From NCBI RefSeq assembly GCF_944383115.1, contig NZ_CALWOJ010000014.1, positions 1-24,000 of the forward strand: 24,000 bases of DNA, in the 5' to 3' direction. Every line of letters starts with the position of its first letter. Position 1 is the stretch's first letter. The notes beneath the pieces were generated by a model that saw only the letters and a list, made by a program, of their open reading frames with translations, made no database searches and was not told the origin of the DNA. This DNA comes from an uncultured Flavonifractor sp. Lineage in GTDB: Bacteria; Bacillota; Clostridia; Oscillospirales; Oscillospiraceae. Below, one piece after another: positions 1-6,710 of the stretch. A program made the position numbers and the translations under genes.

Positions 1-145
1 GTAACGGGGCCAGCCGCGGCTGCCTACTTAAAGTTCAGCGGCCATGCTCGGAGGTGATTTTCCCGGCCCGTCCTGTCCGCCTTGCACCAAAACGGCGGCT
101 CTCTGCGCAGGGTTGGGGGCGGTACTCGTCCTCGTCACAGCGTTT
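1..145 (-). promoter_or_regulatory. T-box riboswitch leader, 5' part (Stem I / specifier region), Ile specifier AUC; truncated by window edge
   Basis: Minus-strand read shows CUGUGACGAGGACGAGUAC (GA/K-turn-like base of Stem I), CAGAGAGC (AG bulge, about 97-105) and UUGGUGCAAGG (GGUGNRA-like distal loop, about 80-90). It also shows GGGAAA-AUC-A (specifier loop; AUC = fwd 56-58, followed by a purine) and GAACUUUAAGUAG (Stem II region). The position downstream of divIVA is where ileS and its T-box sit in many Firmicutes. The T-box/antiterminator part would lie beyond position 1. Confidence 0.7.
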
Positions 146-151
146 TGCAGA

Positions 152-191
152 TAAAAATCACTGGGAGACGCCCTTTTTCGGCGTCTCCCAG
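152..191 (-). terminator. Rho-independent terminator after divIVA
   Basis: Perfect 12-bp stem CTGGGAGACGCC / GGCGTCTCCCAG (161-172 / 180-191) with a 7-nt loop. On the minus strand it is followed by TGATTTTTAT. Confidence 0.8.
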
Positions 192-192
192 T

Positions 193-221
193 ATCTTACC
201 CGTTTGCAGGGATTCTGTCAA
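193..221 (-). promoter_or_regulatory. Sigma-A type promoter candidate for the T-box leader
   Basis: Minus strand reads TTGACA (fwd 216-221), 17-nt spacer, TAAGAT (fwd 193-198). It lies between the divIVA stop and the terminator hairpin. Confidence 0.45.
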
Positions 222-226
222 GAGGT

Positions 227-973
227 TCAGCGGATTTCGTAATCCTTGCCGAATTGCAGATTGTCAAAGTCGATGCGGCGGGTGGGTTCTTCCACCTCGT
301 CCACCTCGTCCTCGTCCTCCTCCGGCTCCGCCGGACGGGGGGCGGCGGCCTTGCGGCCGCTGAGTTCCATCAGCTCGTCATAGAGGCTGCTCTCCTGGGC
401 CGCTTCCCCCTTGGGGGCGGACGCTTCGGCGGCGTCCTCCTGCTCCTGCTGGAGCAGACGCTCCACCTGCGCGCCGATATCCCGCACGGCGTCCTCCACC
501 GGGTCGGCGGGGGCGGGCGGGGCGGCGGTCACCTGAGACAGGCCGTTCAAAAAGTCCATCTCGTGCTGGTGCAGCTCCTTGAGCTTGCCCACATAGGCGG
601 CGGTGGACTGCTGGGCGGCCATAAGACGCATCTGCTCGTCCCGGATGGACTGCTGCAGTTCGGCCACCCGGGCCTTGGCGTCGGCCTCGGCGTTCTGGAG
701 CAGCTGATTGCGCTTCTGCTCGGCCTCGGCCACCAGGTCATCGGCCATCTTCTGGGCGGTCATCAGGGCCTTGCGCATGGCGTCCTCGGTGGAGCGGTAC
801 TCCTCCACCTTCTCCACCAGCACCTTCATTTTAGCCTTCAGGGTGGCGTTTTCTTTGTACAGGGTGGTGTAATCCGCCGTCAGGACGTCCAGAAACTCGT
901 CCACCATTGTCATGTTATAGCCGTTAAACGCCTTGGTAAAGGCGTGTTCAGAGACTTCCTGCGGCGTCAGCAT
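227..973 (-). CDS. divIVA: DivIVA-domain cell division / septum-site protein
   Basis: N-terminus MLTPQEVSEHAFTKAFNGYNMTMVDEFLD is the classic DivIVA motif. A long coiled-coil region and an acidic tail follow. RBS AGGGGGAA lies upstream. Synteny sepF-divIVA-(ileS T-box). Confidence 0.9.
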   Translation of the reverse strand: MLTPQEVSEHAFTKAFNGYNMTMVDEFLDVLTADYTTLYKENATLKAKMKVLVEKVEEYRSTEDAMRKALMTAQKMADDLVAEAEQKRNQLLQNAEADAKARVAELQQSIRDEQMRLMAAQQSTAAYVGKLKELHQHEMDFLNGLSQVTAAPPAPADPVEDAVRDIGAQVERLLQQEQEDAAEASAPKGEAAQESSLYDELMELSGRKAAAPRPAEPEEDEDEVDEVEEPTRRIDFDNLQFGKDYEIR

Positions 974-1015
974 AGGTCAATTCCCCCTGTTTTATGTGGT
1001 TTGCGCGTATAGCGT

Positions 1016-1516
1016 TTAGAAATACAGCCCGTTGTTTTCCAGTTCATCAATCAGATCGCCCAGAATGTCCACGTTGTAGGGCGTGATGATGTAAGTGGAG
1101 ATGGCCACCTTCTTGATCTTGCCCTCGTTGGCGTAGGCCACGCCGGACAGGAAGTCCAGCAGGCGGCGGGCAATGTCCTTGTTGGTCGATTCCAGGTTGA
1201 GGACCACGGTGCGCTTCTCACGCAGATGATCGGCGATCTCGCTGGCGTTTTCAAACCGCTCGGGCTTTACCAGCACCACCTGCAGCTGGGTGGTGGTGTG
1301 GATGTTGACCACCTTGTTGCTGCGGCGATCACTGTCGGTGGAATAGAGGCTGCCGGTGGAGTCCTGGACGGCCTGGCTTTTGGCGCTCTTGCGCTCGCCG
1401 CCGGTACGGTCCATCCGCTCGCTGCGGGAGACGGGTTCAAAATCGTCCTCAAAGTCGTCCTCCGGCTCGTCCTCGTAGGGGCGGGCCAGCCGCCGCAGTT
1501 CATCAAACAATCCCAT
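1016..1516 (-). CDS. sepF: Cell division protein SepF
   Basis: MGLFDELRRL start, disordered middle, and the conserved C-terminal SepF domain (VVLVKPERFENASEIADHLREKRTVVLNLE...AISTYIITPYNVDI). RBS GGAGGT upstream. Confidence 0.9.
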   Translation of the reverse strand: MGLFDELRRLARPYEDEPEDDFEDDFEPVSRSERMDRTGGERKSAKSQAVQDSTGSLYSTDSDRRSNKVVNIHTTTQLQVVLVKPERFENASEIADHLREKRTVVLNLESTNKDIARRLLDFLSGVAYANEGKIKKVAISTYIITPYNVDILGDLIDELENNGLYF

Positions 1517-1540
1517 ATTCGGTTACCTCCTAAGATCCGA

Positions 1541-2248
1541 TCATACTTGGTGCATGGGCGGGCGGGGACCAAACAGGGCGGTGCCCACCCGCACCAGGGT
1601 GGCGCCCTCCCGGACGGCGTCCTCATAGTCGCCGCTCATTCCCATAGAAAGACAGTCGATTGTGGTTCCATTATCCGACATCTTGTCTCTTATGTCAACA
1701 TAAAGCTGCCGCATTTTTTGAAAAAAGGGCCGGTTTCCGTCAGGTCCCTCGGCCACGGGGGGGATGGCCATCAATCCCCGCAGGCGCACGTTGGGACAGG
1801 CCGCCGCCTTCTGGGCCAGGGCGGGCAGCTCGTCGGGGGAAATACCGCTTTTGGACTCCTCCCCGCCGATATTGATCTCCAGCAGAATGTCCTGCACCAG
1901 GTCCAGCTTGGCGGCCTGGGCCTGGATGGCGTCCAGCAGATGTTCCGAACCCACCGACTCGATGAGATCCACCCGGCCCACCACCTGCTTTACCTTGTTG
2001 GTCTGAAGATGGCCGATAAAATGGAGCGCGGCCCCGGCATAGGCGTCGTCGGCCAGATGGGCGGTCATCTCCTGCACCCGGTTTTCTCCGCAGATGGTGA
2101 CGCCGGCGGCAATGGCCTGCCGGATGGTATCCGAGGTCTGCACTTTCGTGGCGGCTACCAGAGTGATCTCGGACGGGTCCCGGCCCACTTCCCGGGCCGC
2201 GGCGGCGATGTTGGCCTTGACCTGTGCTACTTTCTCTTCCAGGGACAT
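1541..2248 (-). CDS. yggS: YggS/YlmE-family pyridoxal-phosphate homeostasis protein
   Basis: Fold-type III PLP protein: LVAATKVQT (PLP lysine motif), HFIGHLQTNKVK, LSMGMSGDYEDAVREGATLVRVGTALFG. I chose the start at MSLEEK (ATG 2248) with GGAGGTG 6 nt upstream rather than the ORF-track start at 2278. Confidence 0.9.
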   Translation of the reverse strand: MSLEEKVAQVKANIAAAAREVGRDPSEITLVAATKVQTSDTIRQAIAAGVTICGENRVQEMTAHLADDAYAGAALHFIGHLQTNKVKQVVGRVDLIESVGSEHLLDAIQAQAAKLDLVQDILLEINIGGEESKSGISPDELPALAQKAAACPNVRLRGLMAIPPVAEGPDGNRPFFQKMRQLYVDIRDKMSDNGTTIDCLSMGMSGDYEDAVREGATLVRVGTALFGPRPPMHQV

Positions 2249-2287
2249 GATACGCACCTCCAAAAAATAAACACACAAAATGCCGGA

Positions 2288-3574
2288 TTACGCAATGACC
2301 TTGCCGTCGTACAGCTCACCGGAGGAGATAATGATCTGATCTCCTGCCCGCAGGGCCTTTTTGGCCTGGGAGGCCACGGTGGAGGTCACCGGTTCCACCA
2401 GAATAAAGTTATCCTCTTCTGCCAACACGGTGACCTGCTTGAATTCAGCCCGCTGGCCCACCAGGGCGTACACCCCGGTGACCGAGATCTGGGACTGCTC
2501 CCCGGTCTCGCTGTCGGTGACGGTCTGCTGATCCACCCGCAGGGCCTCCTTGGGCAGGCGGATACCGGTAATGGTGTCAAAGACCAGATCCACCGTCTGC
2601 CGCCGCAGCAGGGTGGTGTCGGACAGGAACTTGTCGGTGGACAGCACCACCGCCACCTGCCCTCCCTCCGGGTCGCTCAGCCGCTCCACCTTCATGTCCA
2701 CCTCACCCGACCAGTCCCGGGAGAACCGGACGGTGACGGTGCGTCCCTCCACCAGACGAGCGGCGTCCCCCTCCGACAGGGTACAGGTGAAGTACCAGGT
2801 GGAGTTGGTAATAAGCTTGCCGATGGCGGTGGGATCCTCCGCCGGCTTTTGCCTGGCCAGTTCCTCCAGTTGAGCGGGGGTGAGGGTCTCCAGCATGGCC
2901 GGAGTGATGAGGCTCTCATACCCGTCCACCAGGCCGGAGAAGATCCCCGACTGGGCGGCGGTCACCCGGCTGGTATTCTGGGAGGTTTGGGCGGTAAGGG
3001 TGTTGATCTGGGCGTTTACCTCGTCCAGAGAGGCCTGGAGGGCGGCGGCGGAGTCCCCCTCTTCCTCCCCGAAGGTATAGCTGCGCTTGTATACCAGGCT
3101 CTTCAGTTCCATGGTCTGGCTCTCCAGACCGGTCAGGTCTCCGGAGGCCACGGCGCCCCGCAGGCTCGCAATGGCATCGGCCACCCGGCTGCTGAGCTGG
3201 GCGGAATCTCCGCTCCCCCCGGTCTGGGCCAGGGCGTACTCCAGCTGTTCCTGCTCCAGCAGCAGCTGCTGGAGGGTCTCCCGCTGGGTAAGGCCGGCGT
3301 CGCTCTGATAGAGCAGCGCCACCGTCTCGCCCAGGCTCACCTTTTCCCCCTCTTCGGGCAGGATCTCAACGGTACCCCCCTGGCCGGGGAGAACGGTCTC
3401 CGCCCGGACCAGAAAGCCGGTGGCTTCCAAACTATCGTCCACCGCATAGCTGTAAGCCGTTACCGTGGGATAGAGATCCCGCAGGCTGCTCAGGGCGGAG
3501 GCCGCAATGGTGATGACCACAGCGGCCAGCACCACCAGCATGACGATACGGGCGTTCAAAGAACCTTGCTTCAT
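2288..3574 (-). CDS. HlyD / membrane-fusion-protein-like protein with N-terminal TM anchor (orphan adaptor)
   Basis: N-terminal TM helix (IVMLVVLAAVVITIAASAL), a biotin-lipoyl-like hairpin (EGEKVSLGETVALL), a long coiled-coil segment and C-terminal beta-rich domains. RBS AAAGGAG upstream. No pump gene is adjacent. Confidence 0.6.
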   Translation of the reverse strand: MKQGSLNARIVMLVVLAAVVITIAASALSSLRDLYPTVTAYSYAVDDSLEATGFLVRAETVLPGQGGTVEILPEEGEKVSLGETVALLYQSDAGLTQRETLQQLLLEQEQLEYALAQTGGSGDSAQLSSRVADAIASLRGAVASGDLTGLESQTMELKSLVYKRSYTFGEEEGDSAAALQASLDEVNAQINTLTAQTSQNTSRVTAAQSGIFSGLVDGYESLITPAMLETLTPAQLEELARQKPAEDPTAIGKLITNSTWYFTCTLSEGDAARLVEGRTVTVRFSRDWSGEVDMKVERLSDPEGGQVAVVLSTDKFLSDTTLLRRQTVDLVFDTITGIRLPKEALRVDQQTVTDSETGEQSQISVTGVYALVGQRAEFKQVTVLAEEDNFILVEPVTSTVASQAKKALRAGDQIIISSGELYDGKVIA

Positions 3575-3588
3575 AGGCGCTCCTTTTA

Positions 3589-3825
3589 TCAGTCGCCATG
3601 CTCCTCCCGCTCCAGAGAGATGGCCCGCTCGGGCACAATGGTGGAGATGGCGTGCTTGTAGATCACCTGCTGCTTGTCCCCTGTCATAAGTACCACCACA
3701 AAGGCGTCATAGCCCACGATCTGACCCTTGAGCTGATAGCCGTTCATCAAAAAGGCGGTGACATTGGCCCGGGTACGCCGGGCGCGAAGCAGAAACAAAT
3801 CTTGCAGGTTGGGTGTCTTTTGCAT
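3589..3825 (-). CDS. hfq: RNA chaperone Hfq
   Basis: Sm1/Sm2 motifs: NLQDLFLLRARRTRANVTAFLMNGYQLKGQIVGYDAFVVVL...QVIYKHAISTIVP. I chose the start at MQKTP (ATG 3825) with AAAGGAG upstream; the ORF-track start at 3870 lies in an AT-rich leader. Confidence 0.92.
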   Translation of the reverse strand: MQKTPNLQDLFLLRARRTRANVTAFLMNGYQLKGQIVGYDAFVVVLMTGDKQQVIYKHAISTIVPERAISLEREEHGD

Positions 3826-3827
3826 AT

Positions 3828-3858
3828 GGATGCACTCCTTTTTCTCTGAGATGCATCC
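3828..3858 (-). promoter_or_regulatory. hfq leader hairpin presenting the RBS in its loop
   Basis: 7-bp stem GGATGCA / TGCATCC (3852-3858 / 3828-3834 on the minus strand). The 17-nt purine-rich loop UCUCAGAGAAAAAGGAG contains the SD. The stem ends 2 nt before the ATG. Confidence 0.3.
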
Positions 3859-3923
3859 AATATATACCAATTATTGGATAATTTAAGTCGAATCCTGGGG
3901 AAGCGACCACATTTCCCGGGGAG

Positions 3924-5882
3924 TTACGCTCTGCCGAACCGTTTTTCAATCTGTTGGCGGGTCAATTCTATGGCCACCGGCCTGCCGTGGGGACAGTATT
4001 TGACTTCCCCCGCCATAACAGCTTTAGCCACCTTGAGCAGCTCGGCCTCCCCGTTTTTCTGGCCCCCCTTGATGGCGGCTTTGCAGGCCATGGTGTGGAG
4101 CAGGGCGTCCCGGGCGGCGTCCGGGTCAGCGGTGCCGCAGGTGATGAGCCTGCCCGCCAGCTCCAGCAGTACGTCGGGAATGGCGGCGGCGTCCACATCG
4201 TCGGGGGCGGTGCGGACAATGATAGCCCCGCCGCCGAAGTCCTCCGCCTCAAAGCCGAAACGCTCCAGCAGGGGCAGCTGGGAGAGCAGCGCCGCCCCCT
4301 CCTCCGCCGGAGGGGTGAACACCACCGGGGTGAGCAGGGCCTGGACCATGGGGGTGTACCCCGCCGCCTTCAGCCGGTCAAAGTTCATCCGCTCATGGGC
4401 GGCGTGCTTGTCGATGAGCAGCACCTTGTCCCCCTGCTCCACGATGATGTAGGTGTTTAAGACCTCCCCCGCCATGCGCCAGGGTATTTCGTCGGCGCAA
4501 GCTGCGTATCCCTCGCTTTGCCGTTCACGGCAAAGCTCGCTCTCTGCGCTGCGCCTCCTCTCCCCACCGGACCCGCTGGCGCTGGGCTCCGGCGGGGGCC
4601 CCGCTTCCGGTTCGGGCTGGATGGGAGTCTGGGGTTCCACAGGGGGAATGGTGGGAACGGCTTCCTTTTCGACCACCGTAGGGGCGACCCTTGTGGTCGC
4701 CCGCACAGGTTGAGCGGTTTGGGCAGGCCGGGCGGCGAAGTCCCGCAGGGGCAAAGACGGCGCGGGCTTGACCTCCGCCTTGCGGGGCGGCTCCGCCGTC
4801 ATGGTGCGGAAGGTGGTCTGGTGGAGGGTCACCGTGTCCTGGGCTGCCTTGGGGGCCAGCCGGGGACTGTCCGCCAGGGCGGAGGGCCGGGACCGGTCGG
4901 CCTCCAGGGTGGATTTCACGGCGTAGTACACCGCGTCGAATACCTTCTTGTCGCTGCCGAACTTGACCTCCTGCTTGGTGGGGTGGACGTTTACATCCAC
5001 GGCGTTGAGCCTGGTCTGGAGGTGGAGGACGCAACCGGGGAACTTGCCCACCATCTTCTGGTTGGCGTAGGCCTCCTCCAGCGCGGCCATCATGGTGCGG
5101 CTTTTCACATACCGGCCGTTGACAAAGAAGTGCTGATAGCCCCGGCTGCCCCGGCAGCAGGTGGGCAGGGACACAAAGCCGGTGACGCTCATATCCTCCC
5201 CGGAGCCCTTCACCGGGGTAAAGCCCAGGGCCAGGTCACGGCCCAGCACGGCGTACAGCGCCGATTTCAGCTGGCCGTCGCCGGGGGTAAGCAGATCCTG
5301 TTTGCCGTCCCGGAGGAACTTAATGCTCACCTCCGGGTGGGACAGGGCCAGCCGCTGCACCATGGCGAAGCAGGCGGCGCTCTCGGCGGAGTCCTTCTTC
5401 ATAAACTTGAGCCGGGCGGGAGTGTTGTAGAACAGGTCTTTCACCACCATGGTGGTACCCTGGGGACAGCCCGCCTCCTGCTGATCCACCAACACGCCCC
5501 CCTCCAGGGAGAGGGCGGCGCCCAGGGGAGAATGGTTGGTGCGGGTGAGCAGTTCCACCCGGGACACGGCGGAGATGGCGGCCAGGGCCTCCCCCCGGAA
5601 GCCCAGGGTACCGATGGCCTCCAGGTCGTACTCGGTACGCAGCTTGCTGGTGGCGTGGCGGAGAAAGGCGGTGGGGGCCTCGTGGGCCTCGATGCCGCAG
5701 CCGTTGTCGGTGACCCGGATGAGGGCCATGCCCCCGTGCTGGATCTCCACCGTCAGCTTGTCGGCCCCGGCGTCGATGGCGTTCTCCATCAGTTCCTTTA
5801 CCACGGAGGCGGGCCGCTCGACGACTTCACCGGCGGCAATCAGGTCGGCCACATGGGAGTCAAGTTGTTGGATGTGAGGCAT
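3924..5882 (-). CDS. mutL: DNA mismatch repair protein MutL
   Basis: GHKL ATPase N-terminus (IAAGEVVERPASVVKELMENAIDAG, GFRGEAL), a Pro-rich linker, and a C-terminal dimerisation domain (LIDKHAAHERMNFDRL ... KYCPHGRP). Confidence 0.97.
   Translation of the reverse strand: MPHIQQLDSHVADLIAAGEVVERPASVVKELMENAIDAGADKLTVEIQHGGMALIRVTDNGCGIEAHEAPTAFLRHATSKLRTEYDLEAIGTLGFRGEALAAISAVSRVELLTRTNHSPLGAALSLEGGVLVDQQEAGCPQGTTMVVKDLFYNTPARLKFMKKDSAESAACFAMVQRLALSHPEVSIKFLRDGKQDLLTPGDGQLKSALYAVLGRDLALGFTPVKGSGEDMSVTGFVSLPTCCRGSRGYQHFFVNGRYVKSRTMMAALEEAYANQKMVGKFPGCVLHLQTRLNAVDVNVHPTKQEVKFGSDKKVFDAVYYAVKSTLEADRSRPSALADSPRLAPKAAQDTVTLHQTTFRTMTAEPPRKAEVKPAPSLPLRDFAARPAQTAQPVRATTRVAPTVVEKEAVPTIPPVEPQTPIQPEPEAGPPPEPSASGSGGERRRSAESELCRERQSEGYAACADEIPWRMAGEVLNTYIIVEQGDKVLLIDKHAAHERMNFDRLKAAGYTPMVQALLTPVVFTPPAEEGAALLSQLPLLERFGFEAEDFGGGAIIVRTAPDDVDAAAIPDVLLELAGRLITCGTADPDAARDALLHTMACKAAIKGGQKNGEAELLKVAKAVMAGEVKYCPHGRPVAIELTRQQIEKRFGRA
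4678..4702 (+). repeat. GTAG-headed hairpin (REP-like) inside the mutL linker coding region
   Basis: GTAG GGGCGACC CTTGT GGTCGCCC: perfect 8-bp stem with GTAG immediately 5'. It lies antisense to mutL and is read in-frame as RATTRVAPT. Confidence 0.35.
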
Positions 5883-5914
5883 AGAAATACCTGCTTTCTA
5901 AAGGGAGAGATAAC

Positions 5915-5940
5915 GGGCGGTCCGGGAGGCCCGCCCCTAC
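5915..5940 (-). repeat. REP-like element E1 (GTAG + 9/4/9 hairpin)
   Basis: Minus strand reads GTAG GGGCGGGCC TCCC GGACCGCCC. 8 of 9 stem pairs form, with a G-A mismatch at stem position 7. Confidence 0.55.
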
Positions 5941-5950
5941 ATGGTTGGGA

Positions 5951-5976
5951 GTAGGGGGCGGCGTCCCCGACGCCCC
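5951..5976 (+). repeat. REP-like element E2 (GTAG + 9/4/9 hairpin), head-to-head with E1
   Basis: Plus strand reads GTAG GGGGCGGCG TCCC CGACGCCCC. 8 of 9 pairs form, with the same TCCC loop and the same position-7 G-A mismatch as E1. The two GTAG heads are 10 nt apart. Confidence 0.55.
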
Positions 5977-5982
5977 GCGGGA

Positions 5983-6684
5983 TCAGCTCAGCGCCCCCAG
6001 CAGCGTAAACCCATTGAGGACCATGTGCAGGGCAATGGCGCTCCAGATGGAGCCCCCCCGGTCGTAGCACCAGGTGAGGGCCAGGGCCCCAGGCACATAC
6101 TGGATCGTCAGCAGCAGATATCGCAGATCCAGTGTGCCAAAGGCATACACGAACTGGACGGTGCAGTAGAAGGCATATACCGCCACCGACAGCACATAGC
6201 CCAGGACCCGGCTGTAGCCCCGCACCGAGCTGAAAAGCAGGCCCCGGAACAGGGGTTCCTCCACCATTGGCATCAGCACCACCAGGATGAGGACGGTGGC
6301 GCCGGGGGCAAAGGCATACTGCTCGGGGTAGCTCATCAGGTTGGGGTTCTGCACCGGCAGAGGGATGAGCCCCACCAGGAAGGAGAGTATTTCGGCCCCC
6401 ACCAGGCCGGTAACGAAGGCAAACAAATTTTCCGGCAACCAGTCCAGCAGCAGGTGGAACCCATGCCGCAGGAAGGACCAGAACACCAGGAAGGTCAGGG
6501 CGGTAATAATGAGGTAGTATACCGCGTTGGCCTCGGCCACCGGGAACTCCCCCTCATAGGACCGCTGAACCCAGCCCATAAGCCAGGGGAACAAAAACAC
6601 ATACAGGGCGAAAAAGACCCAGCCCCGGTAGCATTCCGCCCGGGTGATCTGGGGCCGCCAGGGGCGGCGTCGTCCGGTGAGCAT
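5983..6684 (-). CDS. CPBP-family (CAAX/Abi) intramembrane glutamic endopeptidase
   Basis: Polytopic membrane protein with the VEEPLFRGLLF motif (EExxxR) and ALHMVLNG (HxxxN). RBS AAGGAGGA upstream. It is packed tightly between mutS and mutL. Confidence 0.8.
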   Translation of the reverse strand: MLTGRRRPWRPQITRAECYRGWVFFALYVFLFPWLMGWVQRSYEGEFPVAEANAVYYLIITALTFLVFWSFLRHGFHLLLDWLPENLFAFVTGLVGAEILSFLVGLIPLPVQNPNLMSYPEQYAFAPGATVLILVVLMPMVEEPLFRGLLFSSVRGYSRVLGYVLSVAVYAFYCTVQFVYAFGTLDLRYLLLTIQYVPGALALTWCYDRGGSIWSAIALHMVLNGFTLLGALS

Positions 6685-6710
6685 GGCGCGGTCCTCCTTT
6701 GTGGTCGGTT

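Noticed and set aside
54-363. Plus-strand ORFs 54-242 and 82-363 at the left edge.
   Set aside because: They overlap the terminator, the promoter and the T-box Stem I on the other strand as well as the divIVA 3' end. They have no RBS, and the Arg/Pro-rich products look non-genic.
1473-1500. A GTAG GGGCGGGCC... match inside sepF (same left arm as E1), and GTAG GGGGAG AGCAG CTCCC inside mutS (about 8126-8148).
   Set aside because: The sepF site has no complementary right arm, and the mutS site forms only a 5-bp stem. Matches like these are expected by chance in GC-rich coding DNA.
1226-3661. An 811-aa plus-strand ORF spanning sepF, yggS, the MFP-like gene and hfq. Similar giant antisense ORFs occur at 4518-5954, 7374-9338, 13537-14997, 14994-16466, 18013-20073 and 20568-23093.
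   Set aside because: All lie antisense to genes with unmistakable conserved products. They are G/L/H/P/Q/R-rich and low in complexity, run across intergenic gaps, and lack RBS context. This is the expected shadow-ORF artefact of high GC3 coding, where sense codons rarely end in A, so antisense stops are rare.
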